Positions 25,553 to 39,160 of a DNA stretch of 64,000 nt are shown one piece after another. The position numbers and the translations under genes were made by a program. This DNA comes from Callorhinchus milii (Eukaryota), in assembly GCF_018977255.1 (NCBI RefSeq), contig NW_024704742.1:53322001-53386000 (forward strand). Direction: 5' to 3'. The notes beneath the pieces are model-generated. The model was not told where the DNA came from and searched no databases. It was given only the letters and a program-made list of their open reading frames with translations. Each line of letters starts with the position of its first letter. The stretch's first letter is position 1.

Positions 25553-26290
25553 GGTGTCAGCCTGGCTCAATTGGTATCATTCTTGACTCTGAGTCAGAAG
25601 GTTGTGGGTTCAAGCCCCATGTCGGGCTTTGAACACACAGTCACGGCCAACACGCAAGTGCAGTATTGGGGGAGTGGCACATTGTTGGAGGTGCCATCCT
25701 TTGGATCAGACAATAACCAAAGTCCCGTCTGTCTGTCCAGATGGACATTCAATATCTGATGGATATCCCTAAAAAGGTATCTTGGCCAATGATTTCCTGG
25801 ATAAAGTTCATGGCTGTTTAGAGAACATTATCAAAATAACAATCCGTGCATTTGGTACAGTATCTTTCCCATCAGGTGGACATCTCAAAGGGCTTCAGGG
25901 GACTTACTGTAAAGAGTGGTGACTGTATTTAGTAGGTAACCATATCAGCTGATTGTCACACAGCAATGCCTCACAAACAGCCATGAAGTGAGTGACCAAT
26001 TTTACCTGGGGAATTGTTGTCCAGCACACTGGGAGAAACTCCCCTTTTTTTAATATGGTGCCATGGGATCTTTAAAGTCCAGCTGAACAGACAAATGGGA
26101 TTTCGTTTTAATGTCTCATCCAAATATCACCATCTCCAACTATGCAGTAGTCCCTCAACAATGCATTAGAGTGTCAGTCTAAAAATTGTAAGTTTAAAGT
26201 CCCAATATCGGGATTGAACCCACAACCTTCTGACTCAGGGGCATGAGCACTATGGCAAAAAAGCTACCGAATGAGCCAGGCCGACACCTA
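25553..26290. mobile_element. Two DeuSINE-like copies in inverted, tail-to-tail arrangement (25553-~25790 plus; ~25830-26290 minus)
   Basis: The left copy begins ggtgtcagcctggctcaattggta...ctgagtcagaaggttgtgggttcaa. The right copy ends ttgaacccacaaccttctgactcagg...gagccaggccgacacc, its reverse complement. Confidence 0.78.
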
Positions 26291-28271
26291 AAATCTACCT
26301 TCTGAAAGCAAACCATTGCTGGTGTGGCAATGCCAACATTGAATGCTTGGATCACGTCAGTTTACACACATTCTGCAAACATGTAGCAGACATGATTTAA
26401 ATGCATTTGTTACTGGATTAAATAACCCGGCAGACCTCGATGTTGGGTACACAAAATGGCCAGCAGGATGACAGAGAGACTTAAAATGGATTTCTCAGCT
26501 AATGCTTAACCTAACCCTCTTCAGAGGTTCATCAATCCATTCTTCAGGCCACAGGATTACTAATGATAGATTCAAAGTTCCGGGACACAAACAATTTACA
26601 TTACTCGTTCCTGAGCTTGTGCAGAAAAGATAAATAGCAGATAATAAGTATACTGAACCTAAGAATCACTGCAATATGTTTGTGAGAATCAGCTCACATC
26701 ATCAGAGAGAAATGTAGATATATAGCGACCCCAACTGGTGCTATTTGCCAACTACAATTGAAATATTTTGGCATAATGAGACAGTCATAGAATTACATAG
26801 AACACTACAGATGGAAACAGGTCACTTGTTTCAACTAGTCCGTGCTGAAGTTTATACTGATAATATAATAATAATCTTTGTATTTGATATAGTGACTTAT
26901 GTCAAAGAGATGCCTCAAAGCTCTTCACAGGATTTACTGTGAATTGCTAATTTGTGGGTGAGAGCAGCAGCCAATGAAGGGAAATTTCATCTGTGGGACT
27001 GGCTTCTGACTCTTGTTCCCAGTAGAGCAAAACTGTCCATCCACCCAACATTTCAGTACAGACTCAGCTTTTCTGGCGACATTTTCACAGATCATTCAAA
27101 GGAATGATCCACCATTAAGATTAAGAGTGTACATGCCACTTTAGGAGGAAGCTTAGTAAATGAAAATTGGTATGTTGACATTCGACAACATAATTTCTTT
27201 GTGCTTAAGCAATCCTTATAGATGTAACACAAATCCTTTAAAAGTAGTTGCAGAAGTATTTTAGAAGTAAAAATTGCACCCTGTAATGTATTAATTAATA
27301 GTAGTAGCACTTGAATATGGTTGCTGGGATCTTGACCTAATTCAGATGTTTTTATTGTGCTGAGCCAGTACCCTGGGAATAGGCACTGAACACTGTGGGT
27401 GACAAGTCCAATGGCATTTTTCAGACCATTGTGCTGATGTCAATGGGGGGGAAGAGAGAAATCAGGGTCACAAACTGTCAATTATCTTCTGGTTTGACCA
27501 CAATTTTTGATAATGTGATATTTATCACATCTCGCATAGCAATTTTTAACCCATGGTACTTGCTTCATCAACCTCAAAAGCATAAAGGGTTCAGATCCAC
27601 TAGGCTTTGATTCCAGAGATTTCTGTCTCTGAACCGGTTTGAGTGGTAATTGAGGTCTTGAGAATCTTTCAGATAGGAATAAGCTTTGTCTCCTAATGAC
27701 TCTTCCATTACTATCAATCACACTATTTATTGAGCAGTCAAATTCATACATACAGCACTTGTCAGACCAAATGAGATCATGGCAATGAATAATATGAATC
27801 CATTTTGAGGAACCAAATACACTTCAAAAAGATATTCCTTTAAACAAAACCACAATAAAGGCAGCCTCAGAGGCATGGCTCTATCCACGAGTCTGTGCTT
27901 CGCAGATCCAGGAAATGGAATTTGAAGAGCAAATATAAAGATACAACACAATTCAAGCACATTGTGCAAAATGTACTAAGACCAGAAGTTGAGACAACCT
28001 ACACATCACTGGACATTTCTAATGTACAGGTGTCAATAACATGTGAGCAAACCATAAATGCTTCAGAAATTGTTCCCATGTACCATTTGGTCACTTTATT
28101 GGAGCATTGAAACAGGAGTCAGTGATCAGACCCATCACAATTCTCTATGTATTAGTCTAGCCATGGATGTGACATCCCTCTTCCCCGACCCCAATTTTGG
28201 CAGAATGGATGGGCCTGAAGCCAGTTGGAGGATTTCCTCGCCTATTTATGTGGCCACTGGTAACTACCAGT

Positions 28272-28583
28272 GGAATCCTGTAGCTCAGTCGTTATAACAC
28301 TCGCCTTGCAAGCAAGAGACCTAGGTTCGATTCCTGGCAGAGTGAAACCTTGGGCAAGTTTCCTTATTCCACATGCCTGATATTAATCCCTCAAGAAAAA
28401 AAACAACAATAATATGGTCACTCAGTCCACGACTGTTTGTGGGACACTGCTGTGAGCAATTGGCTGCTGCGTTTCACCCACAAATATACAGTCAATTCAC
28501 TTTACCGTATATTCTGTGAAGTGCTTTGAGACATCTAGATGTGAAAAGCGCTATAGCAAATGCAAGGATTATTATTTATTATT
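28272..28583 (+). mobile_element. tRNA(Ala)-like SINE, full length
   Basis: GGAATCCTGTAGCTCAGTCGTTATAAC...GGTTCGATTCC head and the shared body and tail. Confidence 0.9.
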
Positions 28584-29474
28584 ACCAATTATTGTTCTTG
28601 CCAATTGTAGAGTTGACTCAAACGGAGTTAAGATGGCCCCATGTGAAGCAGGATTGTACCTCATGCCACAAAATTCTTATGTTTTGCTTTCTTTGTCAGA
28701 AAAGTGCAGTGTGTGCCTATAATTGTAAACTCTGCTAGAACAGACAACAAAGCTGTGATTCAGTTTTACATATGGTACATGATAAGTTTAATAAGAGATT
28801 TCCATATTCATATCTGCTTTGATAGTATTCCTTTTATACCAAACACCTTTGATTTTGGTGCTCAATTTATTGTAATTTATTGGATAGAAAAGGTATTCGG
28901 ATTTGCTGACTAACGGCAATGAATTCTTAAAATATAAAGAATTTTCCCGTCAGTAAGTTCAATCTAGATCTTAATGTTTTCTTTGGGAATAGAGAAATTA
29001 AGCAAAATGTATTATTATTTCAATAAATTATCAATCATAGGAAGCTGTAGACAGATGAGAAGCACATTAATAGTCTTGATGGGTCCTGTTATCTATAGTT
29101 CTTCCTGCATATCACTAAGGTTTATTTTAGGTAAATTCAACTTTTTTTTAATATCTCTTTGATTGAGATTGAGGATTCTGGCTAGAACCCCAAACTTGAT
29201 TGTGATGGGGAAAAGGCATCTCGTTGAGAGAGGGGATTTTACTTTTCTTTGGCAACGACTATTGAAGAAAAAAATTAGAACATGTATGAGGGACTACCAT
29301 ATGGATGCGAATAAATTGCTTCATTAAATGAAGCTCATTTATGGCTTTAAACTTTAATAAGAGAATAGCCAGGTGGAAGAAACTTTGAAGAAATGTGACT
29401 CAATAAATCATTACAGGGAGGAATTTGTAGTACTCAATAACTAAATATAAAGAAAATTAATGCCAGTGATTAGT

Positions 29475-29905
29475 AATAATAATAATAATCGTTGCATGTG
29501 GTATAGTGTCATGTCATGTCGGCAAATGTCTCAAAGCACTTCACAGCATCTACTGTGTATTTTGTGGGTGGATCTGGCAGCCAGTTTGCACACAACAATG
29601 TCCCACAAACAGCCATGGAGCGAGTGATCAATTTTATTTGGAGGATTGTTGGCCAGGACACTGGGAGAAACTCTCTTCTCTTTTCGATCAGTGCCATGAG
29701 ATCGCTAACCTCCATCAAAACAGGCAGTTGGAACCTTGGTTTAATGTCTCATCTGAAGGAGGCACCTCTGAGAATGCAACGCACCCCCAGCGCTACATTG
29801 GACTGCCAGTTTAGACTATGTGATTCCATGTCCAAAGTGAGGCATGAACCCACAATCTTCTGACTCAGAGACAAGTGTGCCACCACTGTGCCAGTCTGAC
29901 ACTGT
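29475..29905 (-). mobile_element. DeuSINE-like SINE, full length
   Basis: Reverse complement of the 52957 family: aataataataatcgttgcat...ggccaggacactgggag...tgaacccacaatcttctgactcagagac...ctgacac. Confidence 0.78.
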
Positions 29906-29965
29906 ATTATCCCAACCAAACACAGTTTAATTAGCACAATTAGCACTAAACAGTGTGAAACACGA

Positions 29966-31100
29966 CATAAGAACATAAGAATATAAGAATTATGAGCAGG
30001 AGTAGGCTATTTGGCCCCTCTAGCCTGCCCCGCCATTCAATAAGATCATGGCTGATCTATTCTAACTCAACCTACCGGCCTTATCCCCATATCCCTTAAT
30101 CCCTTTATTCACAAGAAATCTATCAATCTCAGTCTTGAATATGTTCAAGGACTGAGCATCTACCACCCTTTGGGGTAAAGAATTCTATAAATTCACTACC
30201 CTCTGAGTGAAGAAGTTTTTCCTCAACTCAGTGTGAAAGAGCTTACCCTTAATTTTAAGACTGTGACCAATGGTTATAGTTTTTCCAACCAGGGGAAAAA
30301 GTCTCCCGCTATCTATTCTGTTGTGCCCCTTAATAATCTTATAGGTTTCTATAAGATCACCTCTCATTCTTCTATATTCTAGAGAATATAGGCCTAAATT
30401 GCTCAACGTATCCTCATAACTCATCCCCCTCATCCCAGGTACCAACCTAGTGAATCTACGTTGTACCTCCTTCAAGGCGAGTACATCCTTTCTTAAATAA
30501 GGACACCAAAACTGCACACAATACTCTAGGTGCGGTCTCACCAGGGCCCTATACAGTTGCAGCAAGATTTCCCTACTCTTATATTCTAACCCTTTTGTAA
30601 CAAATGCCAACATACCATTAGCCTTTCTAATTGCTTGCTGTACCTGCAAACTAACTTTTATGACTGGTGTACAAGGACACCCAAGTCCCTCTGAACGCTA
30701 ACATTATCTCGTCTCTCCCCTTCTAAAAAATAATCTGCTCTTCTGTTTTTGCCACCTAGATGGATGACCTCACACTTCCCTACATTATACTTCATCTACC
30801 ACCTATTTGTCCACTCACCTGGCCTATCTATATCTTGTTCACATTTTTTTAATGTCATCCCCAGTGTTTACTCATCCTCCTAGTTTAGTGTCATCCGCAA
30901 ATTTGGATATATTAAGTTCGATGTCCTCATCTAGAAGTTGATGTAGATTGTAAATAGTTGAGGCCCAAGCACTGATCCTTGTGGCATTCCACTAGTCACA
31001 TCCCGCCAATCTGAGAAGGACACGTTTATCGCTACTCTTTGTTTTCTTCCCGTTAGCCATTCTTCAATCCATGCTAATATATTTCTCTTAATTCCATTAC
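29966..31100 (-). mobile_element. 5'-truncated CR1 LINE (RT C-terminal half, 3' UTR and microsatellite tail)
   Basis: Minus-strand peptides include WIEEWLTGRKQRV...VTSGMPQGSVLGPQLFTIYIN, ISKFADDTKLGG and ANGMLAF...LYRALVRPHLEYCVQFWCP...RRMRGDLIETYKII...FFTQRVVNL. The terminal (TTCTTATG)n-like tail appears as cataagaa repeats at 29966-29990. Frameshifts and stops are present. Confidence 0.95.
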
Positions 31101-31479
31101 ACACGGTGTGGGACATGCACACAGACACTGAATGTAACGTGAAATACATTGATGACTGAGCAGAGTAAAGATAGTGATGGATGTGGATCTCTCCCCTTCA
31201 CTTTGAGCTGCCCTCTTCATCACCCTCCTCTTCACTGCTGTTGGAGACAGTGGTAGTGGTGATGCTGGTTGGAGGGATCCCAGTGGTAGCTGAGATAAGG
31301 TTGCTAAAGAAAAAACACAGGAGGTTACTGCAACTTGTGATTCATGTAACATTAGTAATGGCCACAATATTATAGTATGAGAGAAACCCTCATGCTCAAT
31401 TCCTATTTACATCTTTTGTATCTAATGGAGATTTAACTATTGTTACCTGCATAATGTGCAGACATGCCCACTTGGGATT

Positions 31480-32000
31480 CCCGGGTTTCCTCCTCACGGC
31501 TCGGGGAAGAGGTATTCCTTCAGTTTTGATGAGCTGTCTCTCCTCAAAAGAAGCCACCATCAGGCTGATTGCATTCTTGCTTAATTTCATCTAAATGAAT
31601 GAACAAAGTACAGTAAGCCTTCACGAGGCACGATCTTCCTCTTGTCCTTGGGCTGAATGCCCCCAAACTGAAGGCACTTCCTGCCAGTTGAAAATAGGAC
31701 TTTTGCATTTGCCGCTAATACGATGCCAGGTGCCCCATATTTAACAAGAACACAAAATTTAGGCATTAAATAAAGGATTACTGTACCTTGCCTCTCCTTT
31801 TCAATTCATTGTACTTCTTCTCGTTGTACCTCCAGGTGTGGCTTTTTGGAATGACAGATCACATTGACCCATTCAGTTATTTCCATCCCAGCATCCCGTC
31901 TCATGTTTCTTCTACAATCTGGCCTGATGTACCATAAAGACATGAAGCTCCGACACTCCCTCTGCCAGAAAAATGTTGGTCGTCTCATGAACCTGATCTT
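31480..32000 (-). pseudogene. Probable decayed Myb/SANT-like (trihelix) gene of a PIF/Harbinger transposon, two exon remnants
   Basis: The minus strand encodes GMEITEWVNVICHSKK../EKKYNELKRRGK|GTACAG (donor 31787/31786), resembling the W.EI...VN......R....KK.N(D/E)L.R..K motif. After a 196-nt GT-AG intron it reads AG|MKLSKN...(DGG)...FEERQLIKTE, resembling the following K...N......TGGG segment. Frameshifted. Confidence 0.5.
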
Positions 32001-32834
32001 TCAGGTCGCTGGACCCTCTTCGTTATATCCTTGACTTTCTTGTGTTACCATGATTGAGGCCTAGAAATAGCAGAGGGATGATGCTGCTGATCTTATAGAG
32101 CAGACAACAAACCTTGAATACAGAGACTTTTTGGACAGGGGTTGGGGGGGGTGGGGGGGGGGGTCGGGGGGAGCGGGGTAGTGGTGAGGGTTATAATGGT
32201 GAATACCAGTTGAAAGGAAAGCCATTCATATCCCCACATAAAGATTGCTGCATTACTGGATACTAATTTTGATACAATGGTCTAATACTATGGCTAAGGT
32301 AGGTAAAGGTTACAAACTAGGGTTCCCTGCATTTCTCTGAATATTCAAATCATGTCCATGCATCATGGAGTCATTGTGAACCATCTTCACTTAACATCTA
32401 CTTCCTGTGACCCTTTATCCTGAATAATGCACCAATTTCAACTCCATTTCTTTCCAACTATATAAAACCATGAAAAATATTTTTGATTTAAACAAAGTTA
32501 ATGTACTTATGTTCAGTCTAGAATTTTTTGTATTTACATGTAGGAGACAAATTATCTTATAGTTAAATAAACACACATTAGCACAATATTAATGTAATGA
32601 GAAAAGACAGTAACTTCAGAGAGAATATTTTACTTTTGTCTATGTATCTTGTGTGTGTTAATACTTCCCTGAGTGGTACTTGACATGTTTTAAACACATG
32701 TGCAGTGTAACTAATGTGCATCAGCCTCATGCATGTGTCAGCCAGGTTCAGTTGGTAGCACTCTCACCTCTGAGTCAGAAGGTTGTAGGATTAAGTACTA
32801 TACTGGGAATTGGAAATCATATATTGTATGCTGA

Positions 32835-33245
32835 TGTTACAACGCAAATTTACATTTATATATAAGTACCTTCATGTCAGGAGGATATTCCAAGGCACTT
32901 AACAATTCTGGCTTGGCACTCAACAAGGGGTTTGGAGCCGAGGGGGTGGGATGGGAAGCATCACCGAAAACATGGTCAAAGAGATAGATCTTGAGACGGA
33001 CATTTAGCAAGGTGAGCGAGAAAGCGAATCGGAAGGGCTCCGGGGTGGAGTTTCAGAGAATAGGGTCAGATAAACTGAAAGCCTGACTGCTGAGGAGAGA
33101 ATGTGTGGGGCAGGCCATGAAGCAGGCCAGTGCCCACTGAGCAAAGGGAAAAGTCGGGTTGGTATGGTTTGAGGAGTTTGGAGAAGTAGGATGGGGTGAA
33201 ACCGTGGAGGGATATAAAGGTCAAAAGGGATTTGAAAAGTCTGTA
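32835..33245 (-). mobile_element. Decayed L2 3' fragment
   Basis: Minus-strand peptide LLTFISLHGFTPSYFSKLLKPYQP...SVGTGLL, with an L2-like tail near 32840-32900. Confidence 0.7.
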
Positions 33246-35897
33246 TTTCATTTTAAAGAGCTTCATGCAGGAATGGTCCTTTGGGAGTTATTCTTCTCCA
33301 TGTGTTCCAGGTAATGAATTTATTATGGAAATAATATGTAAACTTCAATTAAACTTGGGTTCCAGCTGTGAAGGGGAAGTGGGTGAAACTTGTGGTGATT
33401 CATAACATGTGGCCTTCTGATAATTATCACAACACATGCATTATGAAATCTCACCCTTGTATTAACACAATTGTTTATCAAATCATCCCTATCTTGTACA
33501 TCTGTCTCTCTACATTATAATGGTACATCTTTACTCTAACTCCAATAACCATAGCAATTTTATTACAGTTCAACCATGTGCAAATTTAACTGAATATTTT
33601 TTTCACATCAACTACTATATTGTGAAGTTCATTAAATGGCTTATTTAATGGAACAGTGTTACACAGACAGAATGCATGTTCCAGAAGGAGAGTACACAGT
33701 TCACCATTTCATTTTTACTTCACAGTGTTTTCAAGGAGCACACGTGTGCCTGGGAGTGTGGGAGAAAAGTGCATAGTCAAGTATTTAAGGGAAGCTGCAA
33801 CATTGGAGTGAAACATGCGACACGTGATGTGATAATGATCACAGGTCACTGGCTTCACTCAGATTGAATTAAGACATCATTTGACAAAGTGGCACTGAAT
33901 GTGCCACTTTCCACAGGCATCAAGTGCAGAAAGGTTTGAGCTCACTTCAGGACAATCATTGTGCCCAATCTGGAGGCAGAGATCACACTTCATAACAATC
34001 ATAATGCCTGCATATGATATTGAGCCTATAAAGTCAAAACATCTCAAAGCAGTACAAGTGTCAGTGATTGCTTATTTGCAAGTAACCTCAGCAGCCAAGT
34101 TGCACACAGCAGTGTCCCACAAAGAGCCAGGAGATCAAATACCAGCTTATCTGGGATAATATTGGCCACAATAGCGAGAGATACTAAGATACCCTTCTCC
34201 CTTCAACTGTGAATTGTTAGTTCAAATTGTCAGCTCAAAGTCTTCAATGTGTGGCGTGAACCCATAACCTTCTGATCAAGAGGTGAGAATGCTATTAAAT
34301 GAGTCATGTTGACATTTGCAGTCAGTTGATAACTATCATTGGCTCGTCCACAATTTTCAGGACAATGTCTTACAGACATCAAATAATGTTATTGGATGTT
34401 GCATCATAATTCGATAATGCCGCATATGTGGATGCTGCATAGGCAGTATATCAAATGTAATAATTATGTTATTGTTACTTATTATTACATAACCTGACCT
34501 GCAGTCAATAATTTTTAAAATAAACACATTTTTCATGTACAATACAGATAGGATGAATAAAGCAACATGACCTTTGGAAACCTTATCACAATCTTTTCCA
34601 CCATGTGCAATGATTTAATATTTGCTGCATTGTTCATTTTCTTGAAAATTATATTTTATTACAGTTGGAACAAAACATTTTGCTAGATATTTTCTAAACC
34701 TCTGCAGTGACCTTGTTAAATGCCAGGTGCAAGCATCTCTCACAGCAGTTCCGCATAATAGAGAAAGTGGGACTGTCCCAGTCATTATGAATGTGAATAA
34801 AAATAAACCTGTGAAAATCATTAATTATATGGTATAAGCAAAGCAGAACTTGGTGGTTCAGGAAATATTAAACCACTTTGTGAATAAAGCCTGAACAATA
34901 TTGGGCATACGAGTTATGGATTGCCCAGAGTCATAAATATTGCAGCACTGAAGGAGGCTATTTGATCCATTGGTCAATTCTGGTGCAAGATCCTCTACTA
35001 GAGTCATCTATTCTAATCTCATACCTCTGCTCGTTCATATTCTTTTGAATCTTTCATTATAATTTACTAATTATTTTCTGGTAAACCTCTGGATCTTGTG
35101 TGTAATGGATACTTTACACATAAATATTTGAATAGATATAGGAGTTGTAAATTCCTCTCTTCCGATTACCTGATTCCACGTGCTTCTCATTTTGGTCTGG
35201 CACACATGGAAACTCATCACCATGCCTGTCCAAAGTAACTGCTAAGTGTTCCACATAAGCATGGACATTTCTATTTGTCTGGAATTGATTGTGCATGCCT
35301 TCCCTGGAGAGATGCTCCTTGCTCACACAACACCTACACTGTAGTGATACAGTGCATGTATTTAGACTGGCAGCTGTAATGACACTTTGGACAATTCAAC
35401 TGGAAATTTAATGATAAACAGTTCCCATTACAAACTCTGCTCCATAAACATCTGAACTTACCAATGGCAGTAAGTTAATATATCCAATGTAATGCTGGGA
35501 GAAGTCATTCAAATTTATTGCTCTTATGAGCAGAGGTCAAGTGCTTGACCTACAGAAATGAGGTTTATTACATTGATGGTGGCAAGGAGATGAGGTGAAG
35601 TAGAAACAGAAGACTCACAGAAAAGCTTTCTTCAACAAAGCATAACTGTCTATATATCAGTAGACCAGTCTATCAAATTCAAACTTGTTTTCTGTGGCAA
35701 CACCAAAGCTTTGCTCACAATAGAGTAATGTACTAAAGCTGCAAACTTGGAGGAATTTCTCTGCTGTACCACTGTGGCTTATTGGTCATCATAAAGTTTC
35801 TAGTCATTATGAACTGCAAATACTGCGATAGAAGGATATGTAACAATGAGGGTAAAAACTGTGGCATTCCTTAGTTAAGAGTAGGGTAAACTATTGT

Positions 35898-35914
35898 TCA
35901 CCAGGTGGCAGCAC
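35898..35914 (+). promoter_or_regulatory. Candidate CTCF binding motif
   Basis: TCACCAGGTGGCAGCAC closely matches the CTCF core consensus CCASYAGRKGGCRS. Motif match only; binding is unknown. Confidence 0.4.
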
Positions 35915-37395
35915 ATCCCATGTTTTTCTCCCCTGTTCAAACCCCAGTGTATGAGCTTTTTTGAATTTGACTGTGTTTTTATGAATCTGAGGCACTGGAG
36001 AGGCCTCTACAATTTTTTAAGGTGAACATTTATTTCCCAGGACTGATCTGCTGAGAAGAGATTAAATCAGCACACTCCCTGGGCAAAAGTTAACATTTTA
36101 CAGAGTATCCTAGAGGAGTCTGTTTAACGTCTGATCTAAAGGACAATACCTCCGACAATGCAACACCTCCCAGCAATGAGCCTGAGGTGGTTCTTAAATC
36201 CAGATCTTTCTGACCCTGAGGTGAGTTGGCACCTTCAGTTTCATCCATTACCTCTGTTATTGATACTTAGAATACAGGCCTCATTATTATGCTATTAAAA
36301 ATTAGTCAATGAGTGAAGACATTGATTTCTCTACACAGTGAGCCCTCTGTCGAATCTGACACATTCCTTGAGATTACAAACAGCCCACTGTAGTCTTTGG
36401 ACTTGTCCTCCTAATCATGATCATGGCATCTGAAAGCCGGTTAGAGGGGTACCAGCTTAACTGAACAAAACCATCGGAGTTAAACTAATATCCCATTCTA
36501 ATACTGCTAATGTCAGCAGGTCCAATGATGGCAGGGACCAGCTTTTTGTCCAGCTATTGTCACGGAATCAGGGGAAAAAAGTCATAACTATTACCAGCCT
36601 GATCAACTGATCTTAATGAATGCATTTATCAGGAATTTGATAACTATAACCGATAATATTTAACAACCACCCCAAATTACATTTGTATAGCTCCTTTCAT
36701 GTCAGGAGGACGTCCCAAGGTGCTCAACAGTCAGGGATTTCATGTGTCAAGTCATTGCAATTTTCATCCAATAGCTAAACATTTTTCAGTGAATGCAATT
36801 GAATAAAGAACATTAAACTTAACCTCAAGTGCAATAATATGCAAAACATCTGGTAACGGAAACTAGTTGGCATCTCTTCACCTGCCTTACACAATCTCTC
36901 CTGATTCCAAATTCCATCAGTGTACCAATGTTGAGTAATTAATTCCAACAACCTTCTTTCAGAGCTCATTAGGCACAAATACAACGCTCAAGCCAACTTT
37001 TGTCATACAATTGCCAGAGAAACTAACTCTTGCATATCAGAAAGAGACAAGCACACCAATTGGCCCTTTCCCATGATTTGCACCTAAGCCATGATTGCAC
37101 ACACTGCACTTAAAACAGAAAAATTAACTGAAGAACACGATAGCATTTCACACCAGGATGAAACATTGCAAAATGCTTCACAGGGAGTTGTTTTCAAGTG
37201 TAGTGACTGTGTATTAGTAGGCAAAGATAGTAACCAATTTGCACATAGCAAGGTCACACAAGAAACCACCAAGTACATGGTTAATTTATCTGGAGGATTT
37301 GGGGGATTGAGGTTAGGAAAACACACACCAAAACATTACCAATTTACAGGTTTCATTGAAAAATAGGTGACACTTAACTCTATCCATATTAATAA

Positions 37396-37694
37396 TGTAG
37401 CACAGACCTCCTCACGCCCTGAGGCAGACAGATATGAATGCACATGGGGACTCTCACTACAACACAGGTTTAATCTCAGGCGGGGGAAACCCAGAACAAC
37501 AACAGCAACACAACAACTGCGGAGGGATTCAGCCACCTGGGTTCGCGTGCGGTGGCTGCTACCCTTCTTACAGACCACCCCCTCCTCGCACTCTACCCAT
37601 AAATTAACCTGGAGCCAGCCATGTAGTCTACGCCTCATGTTCCCTGGCCCAGGGGCAGGCCAGTGTTCTCCATCGTTCTCAGCCTGGCCCCACA
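37396..37694 (-). mobile_element. Candidate solo LTR (299 bp)
   Basis: A GC-rich island bounded by TGT...ACA and flanked by aataa / actaa (a 4-of-5 match, putative target-site duplication). ATTAAA lies on the minus strand at 37474-37469. Confidence 0.42.
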
Positions 37695-38819
37695 ACTAAG
37701 AGAGAAATAGAGCATTGATACTTCCTTTAAGAAGGCACAGTAGGTTTCACCCCCAAGGCTCCCTACCCTGAGGTCCTATCATGTGTCTCACGGTTTTCAC
37801 CCCAATGCCTCAGTGGCCTGAGATTTGCCAAAGGAAATCAGCTTAAAAGAAGGTACCAGACATAATTGCTTCTATTTACTATTTTCTTCCATTTCGGTGA
37901 TGTAAGGCACAGCATGTCACAACATACTTACATTACATTCAGTCAACACTCACAGTTACAAACGTAGTAGCTCATGGAATATTCTTGGCTTAAATGACAT
38001 TTTCCATGAACATTTCAAAACCATTTGATACAAAATATAGAATCTCAACATCGCCGAGCAGTTGCCAAGATCTGCTTTTGTATTTTGGTTACTGTATCCA
38101 GGATCTCTCTTTCAACTCTGTATTTCCCTAGAACAGTGGCACAGCCTGAAGTCCAAGAAATTCATTTTGAAAAACTATACCTTAGAGCTGGGCCAAACAC
38201 GTGGGAATTCAAATTGTAGCCAAGAAAATAGCCTTTGTTTATTTAAAGGTTTGTTGCTGTTTATTTTTTTTAGAAAATTAAAGAATGAGTTTGGATTTAG
38301 AAGGATTTATTTTGGAGGCTGATGGAACACAAAGTTATCTCAGAGTTTCCTAATAGAATACCAACCACTGTCTCTGAGGTCAAAATCGATAATAATAATC
38401 CTTGCATTTGATACAGTGCCTTTCGCATCAGTGGGGTGTCTCCATGATTTTACTATGAAGTGCGGAGACTGTGTTGGCAAATGCTGGAGCCAATTTGCAC
38501 GCAGCAATGTTCCACAAACAGTCAATGAATTGAATGAACAGTTTTTAACTGGTGAATTGTTGGCCAGAAACTCCCTTCTGTTTTTGAATAGTGCCCTGGG
38601 ATCTTTAACATCCACCTGACCAAGCTAATGGTATCCCCAACAATGCTGTACTCCCCCAGCACTTCACTAGAGTGTCAGCATAGACTATGAGTTCAAATAC
38701 GCAACAACGTCATGCACAAAAATCGAAACAACTTAAGCAAAATAGCACAGGTTGTAAACACTCACTTTTCATTTGTTCCTCACATCTGGTAAACACTGAT
38801 ATACTTGCTGCCTAATCAT

Positions 38820-39160
38820 TTGATGATACAATACAAAATCACATTTGTAAAGAGCCTTTAGCGTCGGGAGGACGTCCCAAGGCGCTGAAAAGTTTGGGAT
38901 TGAGGATTAGGACCTGAGCCAGGGGTGGGGGATTGGGATCAGGGATGGTGAAAGGTAGAGAGGGTAGGAGGGCAGCTAAAAGCATGGTTGAAAAGAAGGG
39001 TCTTGAGACGTGTCTTGAAGGAGGCAAGCGAGGGAATAAGATGAAGGGAATGTGGGATAGAGTTCCGGAGGGTGGGGGCAGAGAAACTGAAGGCCCGACC
39101 ACCTATGGTGAGGCAAGCTGAGCAGGGGACATGGAGCGGGCCAGAGAGTTGGGTCAGACA
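38820..39160 (-). mobile_element. L2 LINE 3' fragment
   Basis: Minus-strand peptide LTIGGRAFSFSAPTLRNSIPHSLHLIPSLASFKTRLKTLLFNHAF, followed by an L2-type tail. Confidence 0.88.

Noticed and set aside
25085..25759. Cluster of 88-143-aa ORFs, with similar peptides recurring at 8.1, 28.5, 49.5 and 55.3 kb
   Set aside because: The recurring peptides (…QSIHFTVYSVKRF…KRYIKCKDYY) are translations of non-coding SINE sequence.
34405..34460. Imperfect hairpin (attcgataatgcc...ggcagtatatcaaat)
   Set aside because: It is short, mismatched and single-copy here, so there is too little support to call it.
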